Positions 14,019 through 27,326 of a DNA stretch of 64,000 nucleotides are shown here, in pieces. Position numbers and translations under genes: made by a program. The DNA is taken from the NCBI RefSeq assembly GCF_006345805.1, contig NC_042997.1, positions 67,146,001 through 67,210,000 on the forward strand, read 5' to 3'. How positions within the stretch are numbered: the stretch's first letter is position 1; each line of letters starts with the position of its first letter. The DNA is from Octopus sinensis. Taxonomy: Eukaryota. Below the pieces are notes generated by a model, which was not told where the DNA came from, searched no databases, and was given only the letters and a program-made list of their open reading frames with translations.

Positions 14019-14771
14019 ATATCATGTATCGTCTGCTCTAGGCAAGTTGCATAACACAGTTCACCATGTTGGTCTTTCGGGAACTGTATTCACTGTATAT
14101 TACAGATCTTCATACTGTCCATCCACGTAATTCTTTGTTATCCTTTTCCTCTTTTCCAGTCATTTTACCCTGTATTAACAATATCTGTAAACAACTTACA
14201 GTATGAAGATCTGTATTATACAGATTAACAACTTTATTAACTCCTGAATAAAAACGTTGTTCTAAACTGTTTTGTCAACGCCATTCTTTATTAACCATCA
14301 TTGTACCACCATATTGTAGTAGCATTTTTGTATGACCATCGCTGCATTACAGCTATTATCCCTACATCCTCTGTATTGTTTCTGCTATATAGTCCTCCAA
14401 CTGATTTACTCCCGCCGCCGTACTGCAATATCACTGCTCTACTGTTATGCAGTCGTGGGCTCTCCCGTCGTAGAAGGCGGATGGGGGTTCTGCAGTTTCT
14501 TTATGAACAACCTACACAGGTGATTCACTTGTAGTGATCAAATGTTTGAGCTGTAAATGAGCTCACAGCCTCGATCGAATCGACATTGCCTGCACAGATG
14601 TACGGTGTGCCACGATTCAGATGTCGATGTGATCGTAGAGCAACATGAGATTAAGTGGTTTGCATAGGAGCACAACGCACCGTCCGATCTCGTGATCGTG
14701 AATACAACACCAAAACCACTAGACCATGCGTCATTACACTGTAAAGCACAACTTCCACTACTACTGTACTG

Positions 14772-14853
<82 letters not shown>

Positions 14854-15720
14854 TACTGCCTTGACTGTACTGTACTATAACCACAAATAGTATGATGTAT
14901 CTGTCCATGCATCTTCGTTGCTGAAAACTAAACAAAGAACCATACGCATTGCCTTGACCAGTAATAGCTATATTTATTACTGTTGACTTGTTTGTTCAAC
15001 GAATGCACCCATGTCCCTAGCAAGATTAACAAATGCGAACCCGCTCCACACACACATCCGAGACAGGGGCTCTAATTCAGACCTATATATGTTGTGGCTT
15101 GCAGTTAATAAATAAAAACTATATGACTCAGTGCATTGGTTTGCTCGAGGCTCTAAAACGTTGCTAAGTCGACTCTACACACTCCTTCTCGTCCATCAGC
15201 AACATAGTACGGAAGAAAGAAATTTCCTTCGATACTCTAGTGTAATATCCAAGATGTATCAGCTGGCGGGAGAGAGGCAAGTAGTCTGCTGGTACTCATT
15301 TTCAGCTGAGAAGATGTGAAATGAAGTGAAATGCAAAGTGAGGTGAAGTACCTTCCTCAAAGACACAAGGTACTCCACGGTCACGGAATCAAACTTATGT
15401 CATTATGCGCAAGAGCCTTTCCTTGGAGGAAGAATTCGTAATTTAAGTTCAAATCCTTTTGAGCACTATGTTTTCTATAATGAGCATACCCAACTCTCAC
15501 CTATTGTCTGTATAAATATCTATGTGTGTGTGTGCGTGCGTGCGTGCGTGTGTAGGCGTATTTGTGTACATAGTCTAAAGTGATTCCATCTGTGCGAGTA
15601 TCTAGCTGAGCCGTCATCATAGTAGTGACAACTGACGGGTCACTAGTTTACATTCCGAAAACAGCTTCTGCAGTCCAGATATTGATATACCTATATAATT
15701 ATTTTGAATATTTATGTGAA

Positions 15721-15751
<31 letters not shown>

Positions 15752-16085
15752 TGTATGTATGTATGTATGTATGTATGTATGTATGTATGTATGTATGTAT
15801 GTATGTATGTATGTATGTATGTATGTATGTATGTATGTATGTATGTATGCATGCATGCATGCATGTATGTATGCATGCATGCATGCATGTATGCATGTAT
15901 GTATGTATGTAGGTATGTATGAATGCATGCATGTACGTACGTATGTATGTATGTATACATGATTATATATATGTACATATAGATAATGGCCGAAATTGCG
16001 CTCGACCCTCTGGCCGATAACTGAAGAGAAGTTGGTGACCTTCTATGTTTTCCGTTCGTCTGTGAATTTAGTATGTTTGTGTGTG

Positions 16086-16129
<44 letters not shown>

Positions 16130-16140
16130 ATATATACATA

Positions 16141-16353
16141 CTTATTTACTACCCACAAGGGGCAAAACATAGAGGGGACAAACAAAAGGATTAAGTCGAT
16201 TACATCGACCCCAGTGCGAAACTGGTACTTTATTTATCAACCCCGAAAGGATGAAAGGCAAAGCCAACCTCGGCGGAATTTGAACTCAGAACGTAGCGGC
16301 AGGCGAAATACCGCAAAGCATTTCCCCCGGCGTGCTAACGTTCTGCCAGCTCG
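16141..16353 (-). mobile_element. SINE family A copy
   Basis: Same motifs as 5315-5543, inserted in (TA)n. Confidence 0.85.
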
Positions 16354-16394
16354 ATGTATATATATATGTATGTATGTTTATATGTATATGTATG

Positions 16395-16425
<31 letters not shown>

Positions 16426-16484
16426 ATGTATATATATATGTATACATATGTAATATATACGTATATATATATTATATATATATA

Positions 16485-16530
<46 letters not shown>

Positions 16531-16533
<3 letters not shown>

Positions 16534-16735
16534 TTAATCCAAACATGAAAACACAACAACGCGAGGACGTGGAACAAGTATAGTATTATTGGACGCTGAG
16601 GAAAGAGGGAAAGAAGGAGGGTTTAACGTTTCGAGCGGAGCTCTTCGTCGGAAACATAGGAAAAGGAAAGCTCCAAAGAAGGGAAGACGGAGGAAAAAAA
16701 TCGCCAACGGTACACACGCGGTCACATTTTGAATG
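16531..16735 (-). mobile_element. Short Penelope-like terminal (pLTR) fragment with minimal hammerhead motif
   Basis: Homologous to 56832-57012; both copies end at ggattaacta followed by (TA)n on the minus strand. Confidence 0.7.
16621..16655 (-). ncRNA. Minimal type I hammerhead ribozyme motif (U4C core variant)
   Basis: Minus strand GUUU-CCGACGA-A-GAGC-UCC-GCUC-GAAA-CG-UU-AAAC: stem I GUUU/AAAC, stem II GAGC/GCUC, palindromic AACGUU in place of stem III. Confidence 0.65.
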
Positions 16736-16861
16736 TATGTAAATGTATATATACATGTGCATATATATATATGTATATATGCTTAAGTATGTATATACAT
16801 ATATATATACATATATGAATGTATGCATATATGTATGTATGCATATATATGTATGTATAAG

Positions 16862-16908
<47 letters not shown>

Positions 16909-18165
16909 GTGTGTGTGTATTTATATATATGTATGTATATATATATATATTATATATATATATAATATATATATAATATATAATAATAATAATAATAAAC
17001 ATTGTGTACAGTGCTCAGGTGCACTACAACATATATATATATTCACACGCATGTATATATTTTTCTTTGTTTCTATTTATTTATACACACACACACGTAT
17101 ACATATATATATATATATATAATATATATATAATATATATATATATATAATATATATATATATACATATATATAGTACATATATATATATATATATATAC
17201 ATACATACATACGTATGTACGTACATACATTCATACATACATACATCATACATACTACATACATACATACATACATACATACAATACATACATACATACA
17301 TACATACATACATACATACGTACGTACATACATACAAATATACAGATGCTCGATATGTCCATTTAATAATATATTATTTACGTTAACATAAATTTTAAAC
17401 GCAAATCTTTGGAGCTATGAAGAACATTCCGTACCAAGCTATTGGTTTGGAAGTTATAAGAAATATTAAACATTAAGGAACATTATGAGACATCATGTTT
17501 CGAGCAATCTGGGAATTACATGTGCATTATTATATTTAAGGCATAGGGATATATTTCTTTTGAGGTTGGCGCCAAATGTTCAAGCTAGGATATACTTGTA
17601 TAATGCACCTTTCATTACGACCTAGCATCTACGTCTGACATCTATCTTACCGATGAAAGATTTTAAAACAACGCCGTTGTACATGAAAGAATACTTGAAC
17701 AAATTTTGCAATTTTCTTTCCATAAATAAGTATCAGTTCTAACATGGAAATATAAGAAATCGTGCCAACGAAATATATAGTTGCTGTGTTCACGAAATTC
17801 AGCTATGTAGTCCAACGGAAATTTGGTTTGAGCATTAACAAAATACTTTATCTGTTTTTACGAAAACGTGTTACAGTCTTCCCGAAAATACAGCTATGGT
17901 GTTGATAGACATGTAAAATATATAAAGTTAATACAATAGTGTACTACATCGCTAGTGGATTAGCGGTAACAGTAGAATGCTTTGTGCTATAAATGACATC
18001 ATTTTTACTTACTGAGTTCTAATCCTGCCACTGTTAATTTCATCTTTCAGTACTCAAGAGCCTATTAACCTTTTGTTAGTCACATGGGTTGTGTTGTCAC
18101 CCCAAAATTTTTTAAATGCTCGTAATTTCTAGTAGGCAACTTATTATTATTATTATTATCATTAT

Positions 18166-18779
18166 TCAGTAGTTTTATTTTTATAGCGTGCTTTCACTTC
18201 ACTACCGAGCGCAGCTCTGTGTGCCTTGGTTATGTGCTGTGATTTGTTGTGATGCTCTGATGGTTATTGTATGGAAAGTGTTCTGCGTAGGATGTGTGCG
18301 GTGCCTAGTAGTGCAATTTTCTGTATGTTATATGTGTTTGTAAGTCCTGGTGTTTTTGTTATGTATTTGTCTGAATATTTTTTTATCATGCCTAATGCAC
18401 CTACTATGATAGGAATTGTTTCTGTTTTCAGATTCCACATTCTAGTTACCTCTATTTCCAGGTCTTTGTATTTTGAGAGTTTTTCCATTTCTTTTAGAGG
18501 CACGTTGTCATCTGCCGGTATTGATACATCAATTAGAAAGCATTTTTTTCTTCATGATCTCTGACAACTATATCTGGTCTGTTGGCCTTAATTTCTCTAT
18601 CTGTGTGTATCGGCATATCCCAGAGTATGGTTGCTTTCTCGTTTTCTGTGACCTTTTCTGGTGTGTGCCTATACCATCTTTTTTCTGTTGTTATTCCATA
18701 ATGTTGGCATAGCTTCCAATGTATGTAGGTTCCAACTCTGTCATGTCTGTGAATATATTCCTTCTTAGCCAGGACATTA
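18166..18779 (-). mobile_element. Dong/R4-like RLE non-LTR retrotransposon, 3' fragment
   Basis: EYIHRHDRVG, ILWDMPIHTDREIKANRPDIV, LIDVSIP, EKLSKYKDLEIE, PIIVGALG, IQKIALLGTAHILRR; (ATT)n arrays on both flanks. Confidence 0.85.
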
Positions 18780-18786
18780 TTATTAC

Positions 18787-18852
<66 letters not shown>

Positions 18853-19489
18853 CTCCCTTCCTCTACTCTTCTGACTCAGTGAGGGTGTGTTGCGGGTGGT
18901 ATGGCGCAGTCGCGGCTCAGTTGTCGTGGTAGGTAGACGTCGTTTTTGCCAAGTCACCACAAGTTTTGATTTCATGCATATTGTAACGGAGATTGCCTCT
19001 TATGCTATTTTTTTAATGTTAATATTCATCATAGACATGAAAAAATTCCACGAAATGGTTTATTCTGAGGTATTTTCAAAATAAATGAGATCTGAATCAA
19101 AGATTTTAAAAAACTTTTCCTTAATTTTCTCATTCATTTTATTGTATTGTTTTATATTAATATCAATCAGCTACAAGAGTTTAAAACTTCTCAGCAGTGA
19201 TTGCAGATATATCCTGAACCAACAGAATGAGTATATTTTGCATAATACTAAAACTATAAACATTTTCGTATTAGGGTATGTAAACATTCCATGCGACTAA
19301 TCTTGATCTGAAAGGTCAGGTGACTGACGAAGGGTTAAGTAGAGGCCATTGTTTAGATAGACTGTCTGTCATTGAACAGGTTTAACACAATCAAAACCGT
19401 TTCAACCCTGACAATTTCGTCCTATTTTTTTTTAAAGAAAATGGTGTGGTGGACCTGGCGCTGTAAATCTAGGACTACGTTATTCCAAA

Positions 19490-19695
19490 ATTTTGTCCTT
19501 ATTTTTTCTTACGTTCTGAGTTCAAATTCCAGCGAGGTCAACTTTGCTTTATATCCTTCCAGAGATCGATAAAATGAATACATTTGCAACCTTTCGGAAA
19601 TTGATTAAATAGATACCCGTTGCACACTGGGGTTGATGTAACCGACTTACCCACTCACTCAAAATTGCTGACTTTGGACCAAAATTTGAAATCAA
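19490..19695 (+). mobile_element. SINE family A copy, degenerate
   Basis: gttctgagttcaaattccagcgaggtcaactttgc and actggggttgatgtaaccgactta. Confidence 0.7.
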
Positions 19696-20673
19696 TATTC
19701 CGAAATGGATAGCATCAATTGACTATATTAATTCATTACAAGTATGTGACCTCATACCAACAATAAATATCAATGCAATGTAGTAGTGTTAACAACATAA
19801 CATTTTATTTTGTACTTTCTCGTCTCTTTGAGAAAAAAGTACTTGTAAACTGTTTTATGTTAAACTCAATGAATTTATTATACCAATTCTTCATTTTAAA
19901 CAGATGTAGGTTAACAGATGCGGGGGGGGGGATAAGATGGTTAAGATGGACAAAGCGAGGGTGGCGTGTAGAAAATCTACTTCTGAGGGCAGATCTAGAT
20001 AGAATGGGTTAAATTTAGCAAGTTCGCAAACGCGAAGCTAGTAAGCAGAATCAGTTCTCGGACGCAGAGAAAAATAAGAAAGTGGCACCTAGATAGTGTG
20101 TGGAGGTGTTGACGTGCATATATAATTAGACATCGCTTTTCTTGAACAAATCTTAATATGCATAAGATAAATGCGTTATTCTCTGTGTAACAACTGTTGT
20201 ATAACTTGGTGTATTTCCTTAGGTTTTAAAAGTTAGCTGTTGTTCATTTGACGTAATTTTAACTCCCACGTGAAAGGGTAACCTTTATGATTCTGTTTTA
20301 ATCAACAAAGGAATACCTTCAAGATGTGTGAAATATGCATAATTGATAAGAAGGGGGCATTGAGAGGTCTGGTTTTGATTTCTCCTCTCACGTTCTTTTT
20401 CTTTCTCTTCTACTTTCTCAATATACCATATTTTGTCTATCGTTTTCTTCCTATTTTCAATTAGTCTCTCTCTATTTCTTATAGCTCAAAACTACCAAAA
20501 GTAGAATTGAACGCTTGCCAGTTGGCTTCGGCGCTCCCTAGTGGATCAGTTTGGAAAAACAATAAACGATATCTAAATATTCCACTATAGACTAGATTGG
20601 CGCCTTGAAAATAACATTCTTCTCTTGAAAACTACTTTAACAACCTCTTTTTACACACATACACACACACACA

Positions 20674-20718
<45 letters not shown>

Positions 20719-21543
20719 AATCAACGTCTGATGCGATAACTGTGTTGATATATGCCGCAAACAGGTTGAAATCGTCAATCTAATTTTCGATTCTCCGCTG
20801 CTGCTATTTTATTTTACATACAATAAACCTTCGGAAAATGTCTTTCGTAATTAACGTTGTATCGAAAACCCAATAAGAGGAAGCCCTTTGCATAATTGCT
20901 CAAGCTGCTAGAAATGCACCCAAATCTCTCAGAAATCTTACATTGCTGTCTAAAAAATGGAAGAACGCATTGTCAATGTTGTCCTGGTTACACAATTTTA
21001 ATAAGACTGCTCAGAGCCAGAACGTTTTTGATCGAGGTAACACAACATAATTATCGCACAGTTTAATACTAGCACATGATCTCTGGTGTTTTTAGGGAGG
21101 TCCACTCTGTTGCTAGCATTTGGCTCAGGTCCCCAGTCTAAGTTTAATACCTTCCCTACTTTCCATTAGTCTTGGAATCCCTGAAAAAGGTCATGGCCGA
21201 TACCTTTCACTTTCTGACCAAGCGATAACAAATTAATAACAATATCATATTAATCTTTAAAATAACTTTCATCTGACGTCAGCCTTGCTTTACATTAAAC
21301 ACCCAAGATATTGCTACTAATTATGCGAAACCAATTTTTAAAGTCCTATATTGTCTTTTGCAAAATTTCACATTTTCTTTACAATCGTTACATCTTTTGA
21401 CTTCTGGGATTTCGAATTATTGAACTTTCTAACATTCTCCATTAGACAATGTCTCGATATATGTTATATGTTTGAGAAATTGTAAAATTATATTTTATTG
21501 ATATAATTATTTTACCTTTTTTTATTCAATTTTCTTTTGCCAG

Positions 21544-21645
21544 ACGATAGCAATTATTGCGAGAGGATATTCGATGGATTTCTTTGTTGGGAAAAAACAA
21601 AACCAGGAAAAAGGGCCTTCATGCCATGCCCGTTTAACCCAGAAG
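21544..21645 (+). CDS. Class B1 GPCR (calcitonin/DH31-receptor-like), hormone-binding-domain exon
   Basis: Polypyrimidine tract plus CAG acceptor (21541-21543) and GTAAGT donor (21646); encodes DSNYCERIFDGFLCWEKTKPGKRAFMPCPFNPE, the YC..xDGxxCW..T.xG...xxCP motif; phase 1 to phase 1. Confidence 0.9.
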
Positions 21646-22124
21646 GTAAGTATATTGAGTTCCTTATTTATTTTATAATGTTTCTTTGTTGTTATTATTG
21701 TGTGTTTTTTCACTCAGGGCAGCCTTAATTTAGAAGAATTATTGTCGAATAGGTACCAGCTGTGAACATCCCGTCTTTTTCCTACACACATTGCACCCAG
21801 AGTATCAATTGATATATCTTTCTTTGATTAAGACATCAGGGTGTGACTAAAAAGGAGAATTTATCTGGTATTTCAGTGAGTTCCCACTGATATTGTTATC
21901 TGCCAATATAGGCAGTTAATAAAATGCCTCGAGTGTATTAAGTTATACTATCATATTCGATACGTTAATCATGATGAACGGCAGTTATATCAGTTGCTGT
22001 CATTGTTATTTATCATATTAGCTCTGATCCATCAAACTTATGATCAAAGAAGTTCCAGGCTTGATTAATACATCTTATATTCTGACAGAGTGCAAATGTC
22101 CAACATGCACTTCCCTTTTCCCTT

Positions 22125-22510
22125 CTTTAGATGCCATGCCCAGAATGTAGGACATAGGCGATCATGTCCTTCCATAATTTTCTGTTTCTGTTTTCTTTAA
22201 CAGTTCCACTTCCTGATGTTTAATGTTTCTTTCTTCCAAACAGTTCGCCAAGCTTAAAAACCATATCATTCTTCTCCTTCCTCCTGTTCCTTTTCCCTAC
22301 AATTTTTTCAGTCAAGGACAAATCGTCCAGGCACCCCTTTCTTCATCACATGACCAAGAAGTCTCAGTTGCCTGACCCTTATCTCACAAAGCAGTTTTTT
22401 TTTATTTACCGCAGACCGGGTCATCAACTCATCATTACACACTTTGTCCATACCATCCTCAATATTCTCCTTAAGAACCACATTTCACAGCTCTTCAGGC
22501 ACCTTCTCAT
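22125..22510 (-). mobile_element. RTE-clade LINE 3' fragment
   Basis: CEMWFLRRILRMVWT, IRVRQLRLLGHVMKK, LWKDMIAYVLHSGHGI* on the minus strand. Confidence 0.75.
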
Positions 22511-22526
22511 TTTTTATGTTATAGAT

Positions 22527-22990
22527 CAGGAGTCACCAAACTTTTTTCACAACGGGCCAGATAACTGAGAGAATTACGAGAATACAGTGGATATACAAAG
22601 AAATAAAAACAACCAACATATTTATTTACCTAAATGTTATCAAAATAGGTGACGTTAGCAATAAGATAGTTATATCACAGCCAGTGCTAACATATCCGAA
22701 TCTCACAAACTAAGCAGCAAAAACAGTTAGTGAGATTTGTGAAACTGTTGTTTAGACTTTAAGATTTCACCAATATTTGCTTTGGAATTGCTGCATTCAA
22801 CCAAGAGAATTCCTTTCAAATGTTCATTAGTTAACCTCATTCGATGTGCTGACTTCATAGACATAAGTTGTTCCAAATACCGATGCCATACCCGAGGCAA
22901 ATTTCTTCCAATTTGAAAACTCATCATCAAGTAAGCAACGATAAAATTCAACAAGTCATTTGCTTGCAAATCAAAGAGTACGAACCGTAG
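22527..22990 (-). mobile_element. hAT (Charlie/SPIN/GTF2IRD2-like) transposon 3' end
   Basis: TIR-like caggagtcaccaaactttttt at 22527; ORF 22727-22969 ends MKSAHRMRLTNEHLKGILL...KQQFHKSH, like hAT dimerisation-domain C-termini. Confidence 0.7.
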
Positions 22991-22991
22991 T

Positions 22992-23430
22992 TCCTTTTCC
23001 GACTCTGTAAGACTGTGTCATCTGCATATCTTATGCTTGTGATGATCCTGCCTCCTACCCTTAGACTTTCCTTCTCAAGTTCTCTTATGATCAATTCGCT
23101 ATAGTAATTGGAGAGATTTGGTGACATAACACATCCTTGTCTGAGCCCTCTCCTGATGATACTATATTCATTGCATTCTCCAACTACCTTTATGCAAACT
23201 GATTGATTTCAATGCAAGATTTGGAGATCTTTATAAGATAGAAAAATGTGATTTGAGAGAGATTTGACTTCTACTTCTAATAGATCGAAAGAGAACATGG
23301 AGATTCCACCGATGAGTAAGAGTCGAAGAACAGTAGATCTTTTTAAAAAACAGTACATGATTTTTCTTAAGATTCGAAATTCAATCTTTTTGTACCTCTT
23401 CCACAGCATATATTCTTTGACCATGGGCTA
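22992..23430 (-). mobile_element. RTE-clade LINE reverse-transcriptase core fragment
   Basis: IIRRGLRQGCVMSPNLSNYYSELIIRELEKESLRVGGRIITSIRYADDTV on the minus strand; probably the same element as 22125-22510, split by the hAT piece. Confidence 0.85.
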
Positions 23431-23512
23431 TATTAACCGGAGTCTGCGATGCTCGGCGCTATAAACCAAGTAGCATGAACGTCAGATTTATGCTGTGTCT
23501 CTGTCTCATACA

Positions 23513-25411
23513 CCGGGTTTTCCGAAAATCCGCCCATCCATTAGATCGCCCATGGGCGTTTGTTTGGATGGGCGGTTATTTGTGGTTAAAAGTTGAAACA
23601 GAGTTAGTGTTCTTGTTTGCATTCTGCCCAGACGTTCATTTGCTCTACGCCTGTAGATAAATTCAAAGGATTTTTATTCCCAATAATGAGTCGAAAGAAA
23701 ATATATCAAAACGTGTTCAACGTTCATATACCATTAGTAAAACATTGAGTGCTATTAAACGAGTGAAAGAACATTCTGGCAATTTATTTGCTGCGTCAAG
23801 AGACTTAGGTATTGATAGAAAACGATTGAGAGAATAGTGTACAAAAAAAAGAAATTAATTAATGTCAGGTATGAGGAGGCGCAGATCAAATTGTTGGAGG
23901 TAGAGGACCAGCACATAGAGATCTAGAGATTGAACTCTTACAGTGGATTGTTGTTCAGCGTGCAAACAATATAAATGTAAATTATCGCCGTTTACGAGAA
24001 TATACATTTGAATTGGTGAAAAGGTTTGGAATTGAAATGAACAGCTTTAGACGTTCTGATAAATGGATTTTCAATTTCATGAAACGGAATTAACTGACTG
24101 TGAGAAAGATTACACATGTTGGTCACGCAGATAATAAAACCCTTGGAGAAAAGGCACAAATCGCCAGTGACTATCTAGATAGCATTCCAGTATTAACAGC
24201 AGATAAGGATGCTGACCAGATTTATAATATGGATGAAACACCTGTATACGTTGACATGTTGAGTTCAACAACTATAGACTTTGTTGGCAATAAAAATGTA
24301 GATGCTAGCCACTGTGGTGCTACCAAAGCTCGTTTTACTGCTGTGTTGTGTGATTATCCTTAAAGAATTGAAAAACGTGCCTAAAGTCAAGGTCCCAAAG
24401 AATATTTACTTAAGTCTCCAACAAGGGATCAACCACATATGAACTCATGCAGCTGTGGACTGACAAAGTGTTTAGGCAGAGAACAGCACAATTATTCCAT
24501 GCTCAAAATTCAGTGCTATTCATAGATGAATGCTCGGTGTACAATAAAACAGAGCTCCTAGAAGTGTTCAAAATACAATTCTCAAGCTTATAACTTCTAA
24601 AACAACACCTTACTTGCAGCCGTTAGATGTATTAATTATTGGTTCTTTCAAGAAAGCCCTTCATGCTGAATGAGAGAATTGGTTTTCAAATGGCAAAAAG
24701 AAGTATACAAATAGAGGATATCGCAAAAAAACCTTCTAATCAACAGATAGTGGACTTTGTGACCCGAGCTGTTGCCACTTTAAATAAAGAAACTATCAAG
24801 CATGCTTTTGAATGTTGTGGAATTGCTCCTCGTGGACAGACTGTAGAACATAGCCGCTTAAACTCACGCTTACAGGATGTTTTGTCTGGCCTTGAGGTAA
24901 ATGCGCCAGATGCACACAATGACAAAATTGAAGAAGATGGGATACAAGAAAGTGAGATTAGCTCCGATGTGAATAATATCCAAGCAACAAATGAAGAAAT
25001 TCGTGATATTTAACTTGAAACTATTCGGTTATTATTCTACCATAAATGCCCAAGGACATTATTTGTTCGTACGAGGCTTCTATTCATGTTTTCAACAGTT
25101 TAATTTTCAATATTTCCTAATAGATGCATTGTTAACTTCAGAATATTTTTTAATATGCTATTTCTTTTAAGGCGGTTTCAGTTTCTTTATGTTTGTATAT
25201 CTGATAACTGAAACGATAGAAGTTCAATGGAATTGTATAAAATAAATATGGTTTTGAGAAGATCTTTGTTTTCCCTAGGTGAAATATTTTACTTCCATAT
25301 AACCGCCCATGTGCGCTTATTATAGGTGGGCGGTTATTTAAGCCAGAAAATAGTTTTGTAAAATAGAATTTTCCGTTTAACAGCCCTGGGCTGGTTTTCG
25401 GAAAATCCCGG
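23513..25411 (+). mobile_element. Decayed pogo/Tigger-like (Tc1/mariner) DNA transposon with both TIRs
   Basis: TIRs ccgggttttccgaaaatccgccca and tgggctggttttcggaaaatcccgg followed by TA; HTH (RSYTISKTL...LGIDRKRLREW-like), CENP-B-type HTH and DDE motifs IYNMDETPVY and PYLQPLDV; stops and frameshifts. Confidence 0.88.
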
Positions 25412-25860
25412 TAGTAATGAAGAACATCTTTCTCCTTCGTAAGGAAATTTATCTTGCAACAGATTCGCATACAACTGTTATCAGTATCGTTCCTTACATC
25501 ATGCATACATGCATTCACATATGCCTACATAGATACATACGTAACTACCTACCCACATACATATACATGCATACGTGTACACATACATGTTTGCATATAT
25601 ACATACATACATGCATACATACATGCAAATGGCTAATGAGGCAATTAAAACCGTTAATAGAAATATGAAAATATGCAAAACACTACAAATTTAGCCTGCA
25701 GCAAGTGCGCACACATACATTAAGTTAAAATGTACAGATCTACAGGTGCAATGACTTACATACTGGCATACATACATACGTTTACAAATACATGCATACA
25801 CACATTCATACATGTAGACATACATACGTTTACAAATACATACATACATACATACATACA

Positions 25861-25895
<35 letters not shown>

Positions 25896-26099
25896 GCTTT
25901 TGAAAGCTCCAAACTGACTGAAGATAGATAACCAAAGTAGTCTATATTGGACTAAGGACAAGTAAAAGAGTCTTTACAAGGAAGATAGGGTACCAGGGGA
26001 CAAGTCCCCCCCCACTCTTTTTCAGGAACGGGGGACAAACCATCTATTGTCTCCCCTACTTTTTCCCAATTAAAAAACAAAATACCACCGCCAATCTAG

Positions 26100-26449
26100 G
26101 TGGTATATTGCATAGTGTCAAACTGGTGCAGGAGGAGCTAAAAAATTTACGCAGTGAAGAAAAATTTCAGATGTTCAATACAGCAGAAAAAATGATTTAT
26201 CAACTCGATATTTCTCCTTTGGAGCAACCCAGGCAACGGAGAGTTCCCAAAAGATACCAAGAAAGAAATGTGCTAAAATATTGACACTGCACTATTTTGG
26301 ATTATTACAGAGTGCAGTATTTGCAGATAGTGGATACTGCAATAGCAAGTTTGAAAGATTTTTTTCACAGGATTTAGAAGATTATGAAAAACTGAGCGAT
26401 ATTTTACTCAATGGAAATTTTTGTGCTGAAGTGATCATACAGTATCCAG
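26100..26449 (+). mobile_element. hAT transposase (ZMYM1-like) fragment running into the gap
   Basis: ELKNLRSEEKF...QPRQRRVPKRY and YYRVQYLQIVDTAIASLK across frameshifts. Confidence 0.55.
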
Positions 26450-26549
26450 NNNNNNNNNNNNNNNNNNNNNNNNNNNNNNNNNNNNNNNNNNNNNNNNNNN
26501 NNNNNNNNNNNNNNNNNNNNNNNNNNNNNNNNNNNNNNNNNNNNNNNNN
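26450..26549. other. Assembly gap (100 N)
   Basis: Run of N. Confidence 1.
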
Positions 26550-27133
26550 TCCCACTCCTAACGACTTTACACACGAATCAGTGAGGTGGAGTTGGGCTTT
26601 ATGTCATCACTGAAACAGCTAAGTTTCTCCCGCCTACAAAAAAGTAGTAGACATTCTGTAAAGTCGTTCCAGAATTAAGCCGGGAAGGTCAGCAGCTACT
26701 ACTACTACTACTACTACTACTATTACTACTGCTACTGCTGCTGCTGCTGCTGCTGTTACTGCTGCTTTTCTCTGAAAGAGTATAGTACAGCTAATAATCT
26801 GCGTCTTGATTCTCGATTAATTTCGATGTCAATTTTCTCCCGTAAATTCAATGTCTGAATTCTAAAAGGAAATTGAAAAAGAAATCCGAAAGAAATCATT
26901 AAATAAATGAATGTCATAATAAACAAAACATACAGACACTCAACGATAGACAGATAAATTGATAGCAGGTGAACAGATGAATTGCTTGGCAAATTCTAAT
27001 TGTCCACTAGCTAGTTGAGTAGCAATGAGCTGATCAATTATAAATAATTATAAAATTAATAATAATAGTATTAATACTAATATTACTACTACAACTACTA
27101 CTACTACTACTTATATCAATAATAATAATAATA

Positions 27134-27326
27134 ATGCCCTGATGTAGTACCAGACACTGGCTCTCGTGGCTTTTGATCTTAACTGATTGGAAGTGTTATG
27201 AACATGTTTTGTCTTGGTATAAAAGCTTTGCTTGTCAGTTGTTTGACTAGTGGTTTAACCAGTTGAGCATGTCCCTTGGTGGCTGACAGTATGTGCATCT
27301 CTGATCACGAGCAGAAGTAATGGGGA
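27134..27326 (+). mobile_element. ~556-bp (AAT)n-embedded element, 5' fragment
   Basis: atgccctgatgtagtaccag...gatcacgagcagaagtaatgggga after (AAT)n; abuts the Dong/R4 LINE. Confidence 0.8.

Noticed and set aside
19910-20010. Possible phase 2-to-1 exon (CRLTDAGGG...DLDRM) upstream of the ECD exon
   Set aside because: Weak donor (GTTAAA), G homopolymer, and no cysteine where the first ECD cysteine is expected.
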